The notes beneath the pieces were generated by a model. That model did not search any database, was not told where the DNA came from, and saw only the letters and a program-made list of their open reading frames with translations. The position numbers were made by a program, and so were the translations under genes. Positions 53,116-64,000 of a DNA stretch of 64,000 bases are shown in pieces (the stretch's first letter is position 1; each line of letters starts with the position of its first letter). The stretch lies in NCBI GenBank assembly GCA_951406725.2, contig OX597836.1, forward strand, positions 35,526,001 through 35,590,000, read 5' to 3'. Origin of the DNA: Octopus vulgaris. Taxonomy: Eukaryota.

Positions 53116-53483
53116 TTTCGTCTGCCGCTACGTTCTGAGTTCAAACTCCGCCGAGGTCGACTTTGCCTTTCAACCTTTCGGGGTCGATTAAATAAGTACC
53201 AGTTACGCACTGCACTGAGTCGATATAATCGACTTAATCCGTTTGTCTGTCCTTGTTTGTCCCCTCTGTGTTTAGCCCCTTGTGGGTAGTAAAGAAATAT
53301 GTATTCGTCTGCCGTTACGTTCTGAGTTCAAATTCTGCCGAGATCGACTTTGCCTTTCAACCTTTCGCGGTCGATTAAATAAGTACCAATTACGCACTTG
53401 GGTCGATATAATCGACTTAATCCGTTTGTCTGTCTTTGTTTTTCCCCTCTGTGTTTTGCCCCTTGTAGGTAGTAAAGAAATAA
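53116..53483 (+). mobile_element. Headless SINE C dimer
   Basis: Two bodies, both starting at the (T)ATT(T)CGTCTGCC site. Confidence 0.9.
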
Positions 53484-54021
53484 ATATATGTTGGGATCCA
53501 TCTCACAATATTTCGACTTCTAATACTGTGAGCAGCGAAAAGTACAAATAACTTTGAATGACTAGAATCTGGTTACGTCTTCATAGATTTCTGGCACGAT
53601 GCTTATCTATTCACATACATCTACAGTTGGCTAATTATATATGAAGTAGATGCATAAAAAAATGTCCTCATCTGTCATCCGACATTTAATACATTATACT
53701 ACATATTGGTATTTAACAACAAGTATTTTCACAGCCTTGCACCTCTGGGATATATACAACTGCACGCACACACACACGCACGCGCAAACACACACACACA
53801 TGCTTGTGTGCGTGTGTATAAGTAGATAGACACATAGGTAAATATACATAGATGTGTGTGCATATATATGTGTATAATATAATCATTATATGTATTATAT
53901 ATACATATTTATAATATATTATTCAGTACATATATTATATGTATATTATATATATATTATATCATATATATTATATATATATTATATATACATATATATT
54001 TATTTATATTATATATATATG

Positions 54022-54060
<39 letters not shown>

Positions 54061-54145
54061 AAATAATTTATATTATATCATATATTAATTATATATACAT
54101 AGTATATTATCTATATATTATACATATATTATATATACTATATAT

Positions 54146-54246
<101 letters not shown>

Positions 54247-54648
54247 CATACATATATGTTATACATTTATATCCGTTTGCATGGGCTTCGAATTAATTGA
54301 AGAAACACATATTTGCCATAAGTCAAATTTCTCAGGGGAAGGAGAGACCAAAATGTTCATCGAGATCTTAAAATTTTCCAAATACGCAAATAAATGAGGC
54401 AATAAAATTTGTATCAGCTGTCATAATTTTTAAAAGACTTGAAGTTTGAAAACTGCTAATAAGGAAAAGCGAATTGACTGTTCATATATAATTCAGTTTA
54501 CTTTGCGTTGGTTCTGGGCAGTTATGTGCGATAGCTGTATATATATGTGAAAGCACTCATGATATCATTTCATTTGGATACTCAAAAAGATATTCTAGGT
54601 GCAGTAATTATTTCACATTATCTGCTTCAGTGGTAAGTGAATTAATAA

Positions 54649-55327
54649 GGCGGCGAGCTGGCAGAAACGTTAGCAAGCCGGGCGAAATGCTTTGCGGTAT
54701 TTCGTCTGCGTTACGTTGTGAGTTCAAAGGCGGCGAGCTGGCAGAAACGTTAGCACGCCGGGCGAAATGCTTAGCGGTATTTCGTCTGCGTTACGTTGTG
54801 AGTTCAAATTCCGCCGAGGTCGACTTTGCCTTTCATCCTTTCGGGGTCGATAAATTAAGTACCAGTTACGCACTGGGATCGATATAATCGACTTAATACC
54901 TATGTCTGTCCTTGTTTGTCCCCTCTGTGTTTGGCCCCTTGTGGGTAATAAAGAAATAGGTATTTCGTCTGCCGCTATGTTCTGAGTTAAAATTCCGCCG
55001 AGGTCGACTTTGCCTTTCATCCTTTCGGGCTCGATAAATTAAGTACCAGTTACGCACTGCGGTCGATGTAATCGACTTAATCCGTTTGTTTGTCCTTGTT
55101 TGTCCTCTCCGTGTTTAGCCCCTTGTGTGTAGTAAAGAAATAAGTATTTCGTCTGCCGTTACGTTCTGATTTAAAATTCCGCCGAGGTCGACTTTGCCTT
55201 TCATCTTTTCGGGGTCGATTAAATAAGTACCAGTTACGCACTGGGGTCGATATAATCGACTTAATCCGTTTGTCTGTCCTTGTTTGTCCTCTCTGTGTTT
55301 AGCACCTTGTGGGTAGTAAAGAAATAT
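54649..55327 (+). mobile_element. SINE C multimer: duplicated head plus three bodies
   Basis: Heads at 54649 and 54729; junctions GAAATA(G/A)G|TATTTCGTCTGCC at 54960 and 55144. Confidence 0.92.
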
Positions 55328-55879
55328 ATATTAGCGTGCGTTGTGTGTGTGTATGCGTCTGTGCGTTTGTGTGTTTCTCGAAACGTTTCCGTATATCTAT
55401 TTGTTTTACCAATACATTTTACACTCAAAGTTATGTAGTACAAATGTTTGTATGTCTACAAGTCTCAAAAATATTCATGAATTGTCCCCTCTGTGTGTAG
55501 CACTTTGTGGGTCGTAAAGAAATTGAAACTACAGGTAAGGGAAATACATCCATATCTAGCAATGAATATGAATATAATGCAGTTTTTTTAAATAGACATT
55601 GTATTCTTACAATTTTATAATTTCTCATTCTCCTTGAGAAATACCGTGATATTTGAAAACACTTTTGAATATATAACATTGCCAAGAACGGAAACCTCTT
55701 CAACACAGTCAATTGTCATCCTAATGTACACATTTTTATATCGCTCAGGTAACGCGGAGAGAGAGAGAGAGAGAAAGAGACGGTAAGAGAGAGAAAGACA
55801 GAGGAAAATAGCGAGAAAGAGAATTTTAACAATGATGTTCTTCAAATTGAAACTCTCCATCTCTTACTCTCTGTCTCAC

Positions 55880-56310
55880 CCACTTCCATAATAAACACCA
55901 GTACGGCTTCCGTAGAATTAGATACACGAGAGACCAACGATCTAATGACATTCATCACTTGAATCTCGCTTTCAAGTATTTCGTAAAACCGTGTAGCTAT
56001 TATAGACAGCAATAAATCAACTGGCCGTGACTAGCATGCGAATCTTCTATCGTCTCTTACCGACTACTTGTTCCACCCATCTCTCATCTCTCATTTCTCA
56101 TCACTTGGACAGGTAGCTTTCTATGAGAATGCAGCATCACATAGCGTTTAGACGGAGCTCCTTCAAGTTCTCCACTCAATCAACTTCCGTGTTGACCCGA
56201 CCTCGTTTTTTTTCTTACCATGCTCCCTTCCTTTTCTACGTCAATAATCTACTGGTTACATCCGACAATACCTACTTATATATATACATGATACAACAAT
56301 ACTTTCTTCT
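55880..56310 (+). pseudogene. Decayed CR1/L2/Jockey-type LINE RT fragment
   Basis: HQYGFRRIRYT, WTGSFL, LDGAPS, FLFYVNNL motifs in RT order, with frameshifts. Confidence 0.55.
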
Positions 56311-56699
56311 TTAGACTTTTCTAGTGCTTCGTCATCTACACGCAATGTAGACAACACACATCAAACCTACACTAATTCTACGAAAGGAGACCTCGGGAGT
56401 AGCATCTAGTGAGTTCATGTACATCTTGACTTTTAGCACATCCACGAGCGGGCGACAAAAAAAGATTGTTCTCGAATCACACACTTGTATGTTCCAGCTT
56501 CTGACCCAGGGGCATACTCTTTCTAAGGCGTTTTTCTTTTAATCACTACTATATGTTCTTGTTCGTTGGAAGTGGCTGGTCTTCTATCTTCTTCACTCAC
56601 AAGTCTTTTCCCCTGTAGTTACTTTTGCGCCCAACTCACAAAGCATCAAATACTCAACGGCTTCTTCCGTTCCATTTATTTGCATATATCTATATATAT

Positions 56700-57310
56700 A
56701 TATATATGCACACACACATATCAGTATTTATGTATCTCTCTCTCTCTCTCTCGCCTTCCCGTCGTTCACCCGCGACGTCACTTCCGCTGCTTTCACTTTC
56801 GCCTGGCTCTTTCTAAGCAATGGACGTCACTCTTTTTCCTCCTCATCGTCCCCCAAAAATTCTGCGTTTCTAATACTTTTTTTCGTTCGGCGTCAACAGC
56901 CCTTCTTATCTTGTTTTTCCTTGTCCTGTCTTCTATTGTTTACAATTTGCACTGTCGTTACTGTCCTGTTGTTACTATTTTTTACCCCTCTGCGAAAATA
57001 TCTCAGAATTTTAATTGAATTTGCTTTTCGCAGGAAGGAAAGTTTTCTTGTCGAAGATACGTCTCGCTTTTATCCTTCGAAACGTAGAGTAGATGAAAGC
57101 TTTAGCGACTGAAGAAGGGTTTTTTTCTTTGTGTTAATTGTCCTGTATTCTATATTATTTTTTTGTTATTTTTAAATATATGTCCAGTTCCTTTGGTTTG
57201 TGTCTGTTTTCGTTTCTCATTGTGTTCGACGTCCTTTTGCTGTCCTGTACTCACATATATGCGTGTATATGTACATGTAGAGGTAGGTACGTACATATAT
57301 GTTTATATAT
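56700..57310. mobile_element. Diverged inverted relative of the 32270-33130 repeat
   Basis: TGTACATGTAGAGGTAGGTACGTACATATATG and GTCCTGTA blocks are reverse complements of the 32.3 kb blocks. Confidence 0.6.
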
Positions 57311-57333
57311 ATGCATATGTTTTAATTTATTTA

Positions 57334-57377
<44 letters not shown>

Positions 57378-58028
57378 CATATATACATCTAATATAGGAT
57401 AAAATTTTTTGGAAAAAATTTTATCAATTACCAGCATATTAAAAAAATACCTTTAAAGGTTAAATTTATAAACAACTTATAAACAAGAGCAAAAGAAAAA
57501 AGGGCAAAAGAAAAAAAGAGCAAAATAGCATTAGGGATTTTTTTCTCTTGCCCTTGTTTATAAGTTATATATATATATATTGGCTTTCAGTTGTGTGTGT
57601 ATATATATATTGGCTTTCATTGAATTATACAGGCACACAAAATGAAATTATTGTTATTTTCATCATTGCGCTTTTCTAATAGAAATTTTGATATCGAGTC
57701 CGATTTTGGTTTCCCACACGTTCCATTAATTAGATGAATGACAAACAACTAACATTATATTAATCATTAGAACACCGCCTCAGTTAGTCCGCTTTTACGA
57801 TCTGTGTTCAAATTCTACCGAGGTTGATTCTGATTTTCATCCAATCGTGGTCAATAAAATAAGGACCTTCTGACGCAATCGAGATATCCAGTCCTTGAAC
57901 GTGATGGTCTCCTGCCGAAATTTGAAACCAATATTGTCTTTGAAGACCACATAGTACAGTCATGTACAATGTTGATAATATTTATTTACATATAGATTTG
58001 GTACATGTGTACGTACTTATTTGTTATA

Positions 58029-58194
58029 AGGCGCAGGAGTGGTTATGTGGTAAGTAGCTTGCTTATCAACCACATGGTTCCGGGTTCAGTCCCACTGCGT
58101 GGCACCTTGGGCAAGTGTCTTCTACTATAGCCTCGGGCCGACCAATGCCTTGTGAGGGGATTTTGTAGACGGAAACTGAAAGAAGCCTGTCGTG

Positions 58195-58233
<39 letters not shown>

Positions 58234-58455
58234 ATGTTTGTGTCTGTGTTTGTCTCCCCAACATCACTTGACAACCGATGCTGGTGTGTTTACGTCCCCG
58301 TAACCTAACGATAGAATGACCTAGCGAGACTGATAGAATAAGTACTAGGCTTACAAAGAATAAGACCTGGGGTCGATTTGTTCGACTAAAGGCGGTGCTC
58401 CAGCATGGCTGCAGTCAAATGATTGAAACAAGTAAAAGAGTAAAAGAGTAAAGAG
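58029..58455 (+). mobile_element. Full-length SINE B
   Basis: Matches the family consensus. Confidence 0.95.
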
Positions 58456-58655
58456 TATAAACGCATCCATAGTCATGGGGAGAGAAAGAGTGAAAGGGAA
58501 GGACTGTATATGCCCAGCAGCAATGAAGAAATGTGATAAATATCACTTATTCGTAAATGTGATATCCACTCTAACGATACAAAATTCACGAGCAGTCTAT
58601 CATCACGTCTTCATTGCCTCAGTAATAGTAACCTCAGTTTCCTAGCTCTCTTTTG

Positions 58656-59046
58656 GTGGAGGCGCAATGGCCCAGTGGTTAGGGGCAGTGGACTCGCGGT
58701 CATAGGATCGCGGTTTCGATTCCCAGACCGGGCGTTGTGAGTGTTTATTGAGCGAAAACACCTAAAAGCTCCACGAGGCTCCGGCAGGGGATGGTGGTGT
58801 TCCCTGCTGTACTCTTTCACCACATCTTTCTCTCACTCTTACTTCCTGTTTCTGTTGTACCTGTATTTCAAAGGGCCGGCCTTGTCACTCTCTGTGTCAC
58901 GCTGAATATCCCCGAGAACTACGTTATGGGTACACGTGTCTGTGGAGTGCTCAGCCACTTACACGTTAATTTCGCGAGCAAGCTGTTCCGTTGATTCGGA
59001 TCAACCGGAACCCTCGTCGTCGTAACCGAAAGAGTGCTTCCATTCC
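58656..59046 (+). mobile_element. SINE A1 with 12-bp TSD
   Basis: AGCTCTCTTTTG at 58644 and 59047. Confidence 0.95.
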
Positions 59047-59873
59047 AGCTCTCTTTTGAAACGGAAAACTGAAATTTTAAAAGAGATGTGTAGATTCATT
59101 TGAAGGTGTTTGTAGGTATGCCAAGGCTTTTACCTCGTGATTTTCATCTGAAATTTTTATTCTTTGATACATTTTTGAATTGAGTTCTTATATTAGACTT
59201 TTAAAAAGAAACTTTTAGCACTCAATTTTACAAATGTTTTTGAGAGAAATTGAATTGAAATACTTTTTTTTGTTATGTTCGTAACAAATATTAACTACGA
59301 AGAATTGATAAAAATATTTTCTTCGGAATAAATGATAAAATTGATTGAAAACTGTTTATTCCAATGGTATATTATCACCTCGTGAGGTCATTTTATTTTG
59401 TCATAAAGTTCTCAGATAACTTAACATTTTCACCGTTATAGAAAGATTTGGGCGAATGCCCATTGCATTACCATTAATATAGTAACAACTTAAGATCTTC
59501 ATAAAAATTCCGTTGGTGATCGTTGTATTGAATGGTATTAACAATACTTTATATGTTAACATAAGATACACTGAAATAATCAGAGTTAGTGATGGATGGC
59601 GATATATGGTTTTAAAGTTCCATTATGCACTAAAAAGCTTTCCAACAAACCTTAGAGTGATGTATTTATAAATTCCCCATTCTCTCATAATATATTTCTC
59701 AGATAAACTTGCAATATAGCCATTAATGTGAGGATGTCAACAACAAAGTGAATTCGATTCCAAACAGTTTAAATTTAGCTTTCAACAGAAATTCACATTT
59801 AAATTTTCTTCTTGCGAGTGTATTTCTTTCAACGGCGAGAAACTTTACTTAATCGTTTGAAGATTAAGATCAC

Positions 59874-60088
59874 TCAAACTCTCATATGTGAAGAGGGAAT
59901 TGAAAATATCCTTTCTGGTTCGTATTCGGAAACCGCAGAGCGCCCAGAAGCTCTATCAGTAATCGTAACTCCATCTTTAATAAAGTTATGCCCGTCATAT
60001 GGAGAACTAATAGCAGACACTGGTTCAGCGCCCAAGACATCTCTCATTTTTTTTTCAAGACAATTTTTTAAAGAAAATACAAAGACGT
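59874..60088 (-). CDS. Candidate terminal exon or small ORF of an unknown host gene
   Basis: ttgtag acceptor; frame VFVFSLKNCLEKKMRDVLGAEPVSAISSPYDGHNFIKDGVTITDRASGRSAVSEYEPERIFSIPSSHMRV*; higher GC than flanks; AATAAA downstream at about 59360 and 59397. Confidence 0.35.
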
Positions 60089-60178
60089 CTACAATGTCAT
60101 TTTACTACTACTGTTGGTATTGAAAATAGAAGAGAGATTTATTTTTCTTCAGCCAATCATGCTACATGACCATATATA

Positions 60179-60622
60179 TTTCTTTACTGCCCACAAGGGG
60201 CTAAGCATAGAGGGGACGAACAAAGACAGACAAACAGATTAAGTCGATTACATCGACCTCAGTGCGAAACTGGTACTTTATTTATCGACCCCGAAAAGAT
60301 GAAAGCCAAAGTTGGCCTCGGCGGAATTTGAACTCAGAACGTAACGGCAGACAAAATACGGCTACGCATTTCGCCCGGCGTGCTAACGTTTCTTATTTCT
60401 TTATTGCCCACAAGGGGCTAAACATAGATGGGACAAACAAGGACAGACAAAGGGATTAAGTCGATTATATCGACTCCAGTGCGAAACTGGTACATTATTT
60501 ATCGACCCCGAAAGGATGAAAGGCAAAGTCGGCCTCAGCAGAATTTGAACTCAGAACGTAACGGCAGACGAAATACGGCTACGCATTTCACCCGGCGTGC
60601 TAACGTTTCTGCCAGCTCACCG
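60179..60622 (-). mobile_element. SINE C dimer
   Basis: Two bodies joined at GAAATAAG|AAACGTTAGC; flanking TGACCATATA duplication. Confidence 0.9.
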
Positions 60623-60789
60623 CTTCTACTTGACCATATAATACACATCTAATGATATGTCCATTGCTTCTCTTGGTGTAGTACTAATCAAAATATAATT
60701 TGCACAACATCTTAAGATCTGACGTTGTTGTCTTCTTCCAATCAGGACTCGCGCCAGTAGCCACAAAGAATAATATCTAATTCGAGCCT

Positions 60790-61206
60790 ACTCTAAGCTA
60801 CTAAGAATGCGTGCGGCAACTTGGAGATCCACCCACCACACACGATAGACTGGCGGTTGCACGGGCGCGAAAGCTACGTTGTTATCCTCAGTCCGTAAAT
60901 GGTGGCTTTTTAACGGGTGGAGAGCTGAACCATCCTGGGGTACAGAGGATTCGCAATCTAGACTAGGGTCTGAAAGTTTACCACACCATAGTGGGTTACA
61001 CCATGGTTCCTCTGCTTTGTGGTAGATGTAAGAAGAAAGAGTGAGAGAAAGTTGTGGTGAAAGAGTACAGCGGGGTTCCAATATCACCGAGTCCAGCTTA
61101 GGTGTTTTTGCTCAATAAACACTCACAATGCCCGGTCTGTGAATCGAGACCGCGTTCTTACGACCGCGAGTCCGTTGCCCTAACCACTGGGCCATTGCGC
61201 CTCCAC
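60790..61206 (-). mobile_element. SINE A head joined to an unrelated GC-rich 3' segment
   Basis: Family A head at 61206-61032, then about 240 bp matching neither the A1 nor the A2 tail. Confidence 0.7.
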
Positions 61207-62064
61207 TGTCACTGTCGTGCTATATTTGTGGAGCTATCAAAATCACTGTAAAAATGTTTGAATAGTTTTTACTGTCCCAAGGCATGTTGATAATTAAATT
61301 ATTATATATTGTAATTTTAAATAAATAAATGTTAAGGAAGAAGTCTTTAACAAACGTTAGTCACATTTTAATAATTCTCCAGGATTCTTTAGCGGTGGAC
61401 ATATAATCATTACGTCATATGCTAACCATTCTCCGAAGTATTTAATCATCTCCACTCCCGATCTAAATCCATTTCATTTTACTTCACTCGTTTGATCGAT
61501 GGCTACCGATATTCAGTTATTGATAGTGAGTAAATCAATTATGCATATCGGAATCCTTTTATATCAAAATTCGAATTATTATATCCAATATTATATGGGA
61601 ATTACGTGAAGCGAACACTTTCCCTCTAGCTTTTTAATTATTTCTTTGATCACCAGTGTACATTACATGGGTATTTAGTGCTTCTAACATGAATTTTTCA
61701 GTGTACAAGGGTCATATCTTTGTATTAGTTTTATTCTTAATACAAATAGCATAATTGTGATACTCCACGCGTAACTGCTCTATTATATCATATTTAAATT
61801 ATCATTTTTTAATCGTCTTCAACTAAATAATATTCCTTAGATGTAAGCACAGCTACCTTTCTTGTGCTATGGCAAATTTCTTCCACAATCCTCCATCAAA
61901 CACAAAACGATTGTGATTATTATTTCATTAACATACGAGTTCTACACCAAAAACATCCATCTGTGTAATCATATTGCAATTTTGTTTAAATACTGCAGCG
62001 GTTTTATATCGTAAAGTAATCTGAGTTGACTTCTTATCTCTATTTATTTGACCATGATTAGCGT

Positions 62065-62453
62065 AGGCGTAGGAGTGGCTGTGTGGTAAGTAGATTGCTT
62101 ACGAACCACGTGGTTCCGGGTTCAATCCTACTGCGTGGTACCTTGGACAAATGTCTTCTACTATAGCCTCGGGCCAACCAAAACCTTGTGAGTGAATTTG
62201 GTAGACGGAAATTGAAAGAAGTCCGTCGTATATATGTATACACTTGTGTGTCTGTGTTTGTCCCACCAACATCGCTTGACAACCAATGCTGGTGTGTTTA
62301 CGTCCCTGTAACTTAGCGGTTCGGCAAAAGAGACAGATAGAATAAGTACTAGGCTTACAAAGAATAAGTCCTGGGGTCGATTTGCTCGACTAAATGCGGT
62401 GCTCCAGCATGGCCACAGTCATATGACTGAAACAAGTAAAAGATTAAAAGAGT
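62065..62453 (+). mobile_element. Full-length SINE B
   Basis: Matches the family consensus. Confidence 0.95.
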
Positions 62454-62679
62454 ATGGTACTTTTCAGTTAAAAATTTAGTAGACTGTCATGATCGATCCC
62501 GCGTCAGGTAAAATGTCTAACCGTATTTCTTGCGGTAGTTTGCATTCTATGTTTCACTATCACCGAGTCCAACTTTTACCTCCGGAGTTGACAAAACTGC
62601 TACACACGTCAGTTCCTTAGCCTCAAATCTGAGACGTCTTTGTGTCAATGCGAGTAATCAATACTTGTCAACTACAAAA

Positions 62680-63050
62680 TCTCTCTATATATAAACGGCA
62701 AAATGTCTGTGTGTGTGTGTGTGTGTGTGCGTATCATATACTATAATCCTTTATACAAATCCTCAATTTTTCAGTTAGAGGGCTCGCATTTTATATGGTC
62801 ATTCAGAACCGTCCAAGGGTGGTCGTGTACATCTTTATATTTCTCCAGTCACTCCGCAAATCTATTAAAAATCAATAGAAGTGACTTTTTTGTGAATTTT
62901 CTAACCCAAACCCAATCAAAATGCCCGAAACTTGATACGTCAATTGACTGCCAGCTAGCTGCATGTGATTGGTCGGAGATTTGGACAGTACTCGCGTGTA
63001 TGTGCGCACGCACGCAGCTGTATATGCATGCACTAGCACTATGACCCGTG
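62680..63050 (+). mobile_element. Helitron-like 5' fragment
   Basis: A|TCTCTCTATATATAAACGGCAAAATGTCTG(TG)n start; 3' hairpin not found. Confidence 0.5.
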
Positions 63051-63237
63051 TATATAAATACACTATAGTGTATTTATATAATACTAGCAAAATGTATTTA
63101 CGTAATACGTTGAGTATTTAGTGTTTATGACATTTAATCTTTCTGGGCTAGATGAATTATATTGCCGATAATCTCTGGGATTTGGGAGACAAAAACTGTG
63201 GAATTTATTCCTGAATATATATATATATATATATATA

Positions 63238-63382
63238 CCGGAGTAAGCACATAAATGTGGGGGAAAAGAGTACTCAAATACCAGAGGTAGAGTAATATGC
63301 TTTATTGAAAAGCAGCAGAAATATAACAAAAGCTGTTACTTAGAGTTTCACGTACCCGTTCGTTGGACAGTTTTGTTAAAAT
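63238..63382 (-). mobile_element. Single-arm copy of the 35376 hammerhead-like family
   Basis: Aligns with 35376-35529; follows (TA)n. Confidence 0.85.
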
Positions 63383-63484
63383 GCAACAGAGATATCGTTA
63401 TTTCCGAACTTAAACAACATCATTTAATTTAATGGCGTATTACTAGGAGCATACCCAACACTTAGATATATAAATATTAATTTA

Positions 63485-63543
<59 letters not shown>

Positions 63544-63544
63544 A

Positions 63545-63588
<44 letters not shown>

Positions 63589-63611
63589 GTCTATCTATCT
63601 ATCTATCTATT

Positions 63612-63684
<73 letters not shown>

Positions 63685-63685
63685 C
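63485..63685. repeat. (ATCT)n microsatellite
   Basis: Read directly from the sequence. Confidence 0.95.
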
Positions 63686-63705
63686 TCTATATATATATTT
63701 ATATA

Positions 63706-63939
63706 TACTCTTTACTCTTTTACTTGTTTCAGTCATTTGACTGCGGCCATGCTGGAGCACCGCCTTTAATCGAGCAACACGACCACGGGACTTATTCTTT
63801 GTATGCCAAGTACTTATTCTATCGGTCTTTTTTGCCGAACCGCTAGGTGACGGGAACATAAACACACCAGCATTGGTTGTCAAGCAATGCTTGGGGGACA
63901 AATACAGACACCCAAACATACACGCACACACACACACAT

Positions 63940-63971
<32 letters not shown>

Positions 63972-64000
63972 GTATATACATATATATATATATATATATA
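63706..64000 (-). mobile_element. SINE B 3' half
   Basis: Reverse complement of the family tail. Confidence 0.92.

Overview
AT-rich, microsatellite-dense eukaryotic genomic DNA that is almost entirely intronic or intergenic. The SINE families and the (TA)n/(TAA)n/(TATC)n/(TATG)n load point to an Octopus (cephalopod) genome; this is inferred from recognition, not from a search. No complete host gene is visible, and nearly all ORFs in the track are microsatellite or SINE artefacts. Two weak candidate terminal exons lie on the minus strand (about 59.9-60.1 kb and 1.2-1.4 kb). The window holds about 40 copies of tRNA-derived SINEs from four families (many with target-site duplications), two decayed R4/Dong-type RLE retrotransposons, an RTE-type 3' end with three C2H2 fingers, an RTE 5' UTR, Helitrons and a RepHel fragment, mariner/Tc1 MITEs, and a MITE with an 8-bp TSD and internal TTAGGG repeats. 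Three signals stand out. (1) Several (TA)n-embedded tandem or fold-back elements carry minimal type I hammerhead ribozyme motifs (Penelope/retrozyme-like), including a 357-bp tandem monomer and a family with a non-canonical CCGACGA core. (2) One SINE forms head-(body)n multimers joined at the same self-complementary junction at independent loci. (3) A fold-back element is built from two divergent tRNA-like Pol III units.
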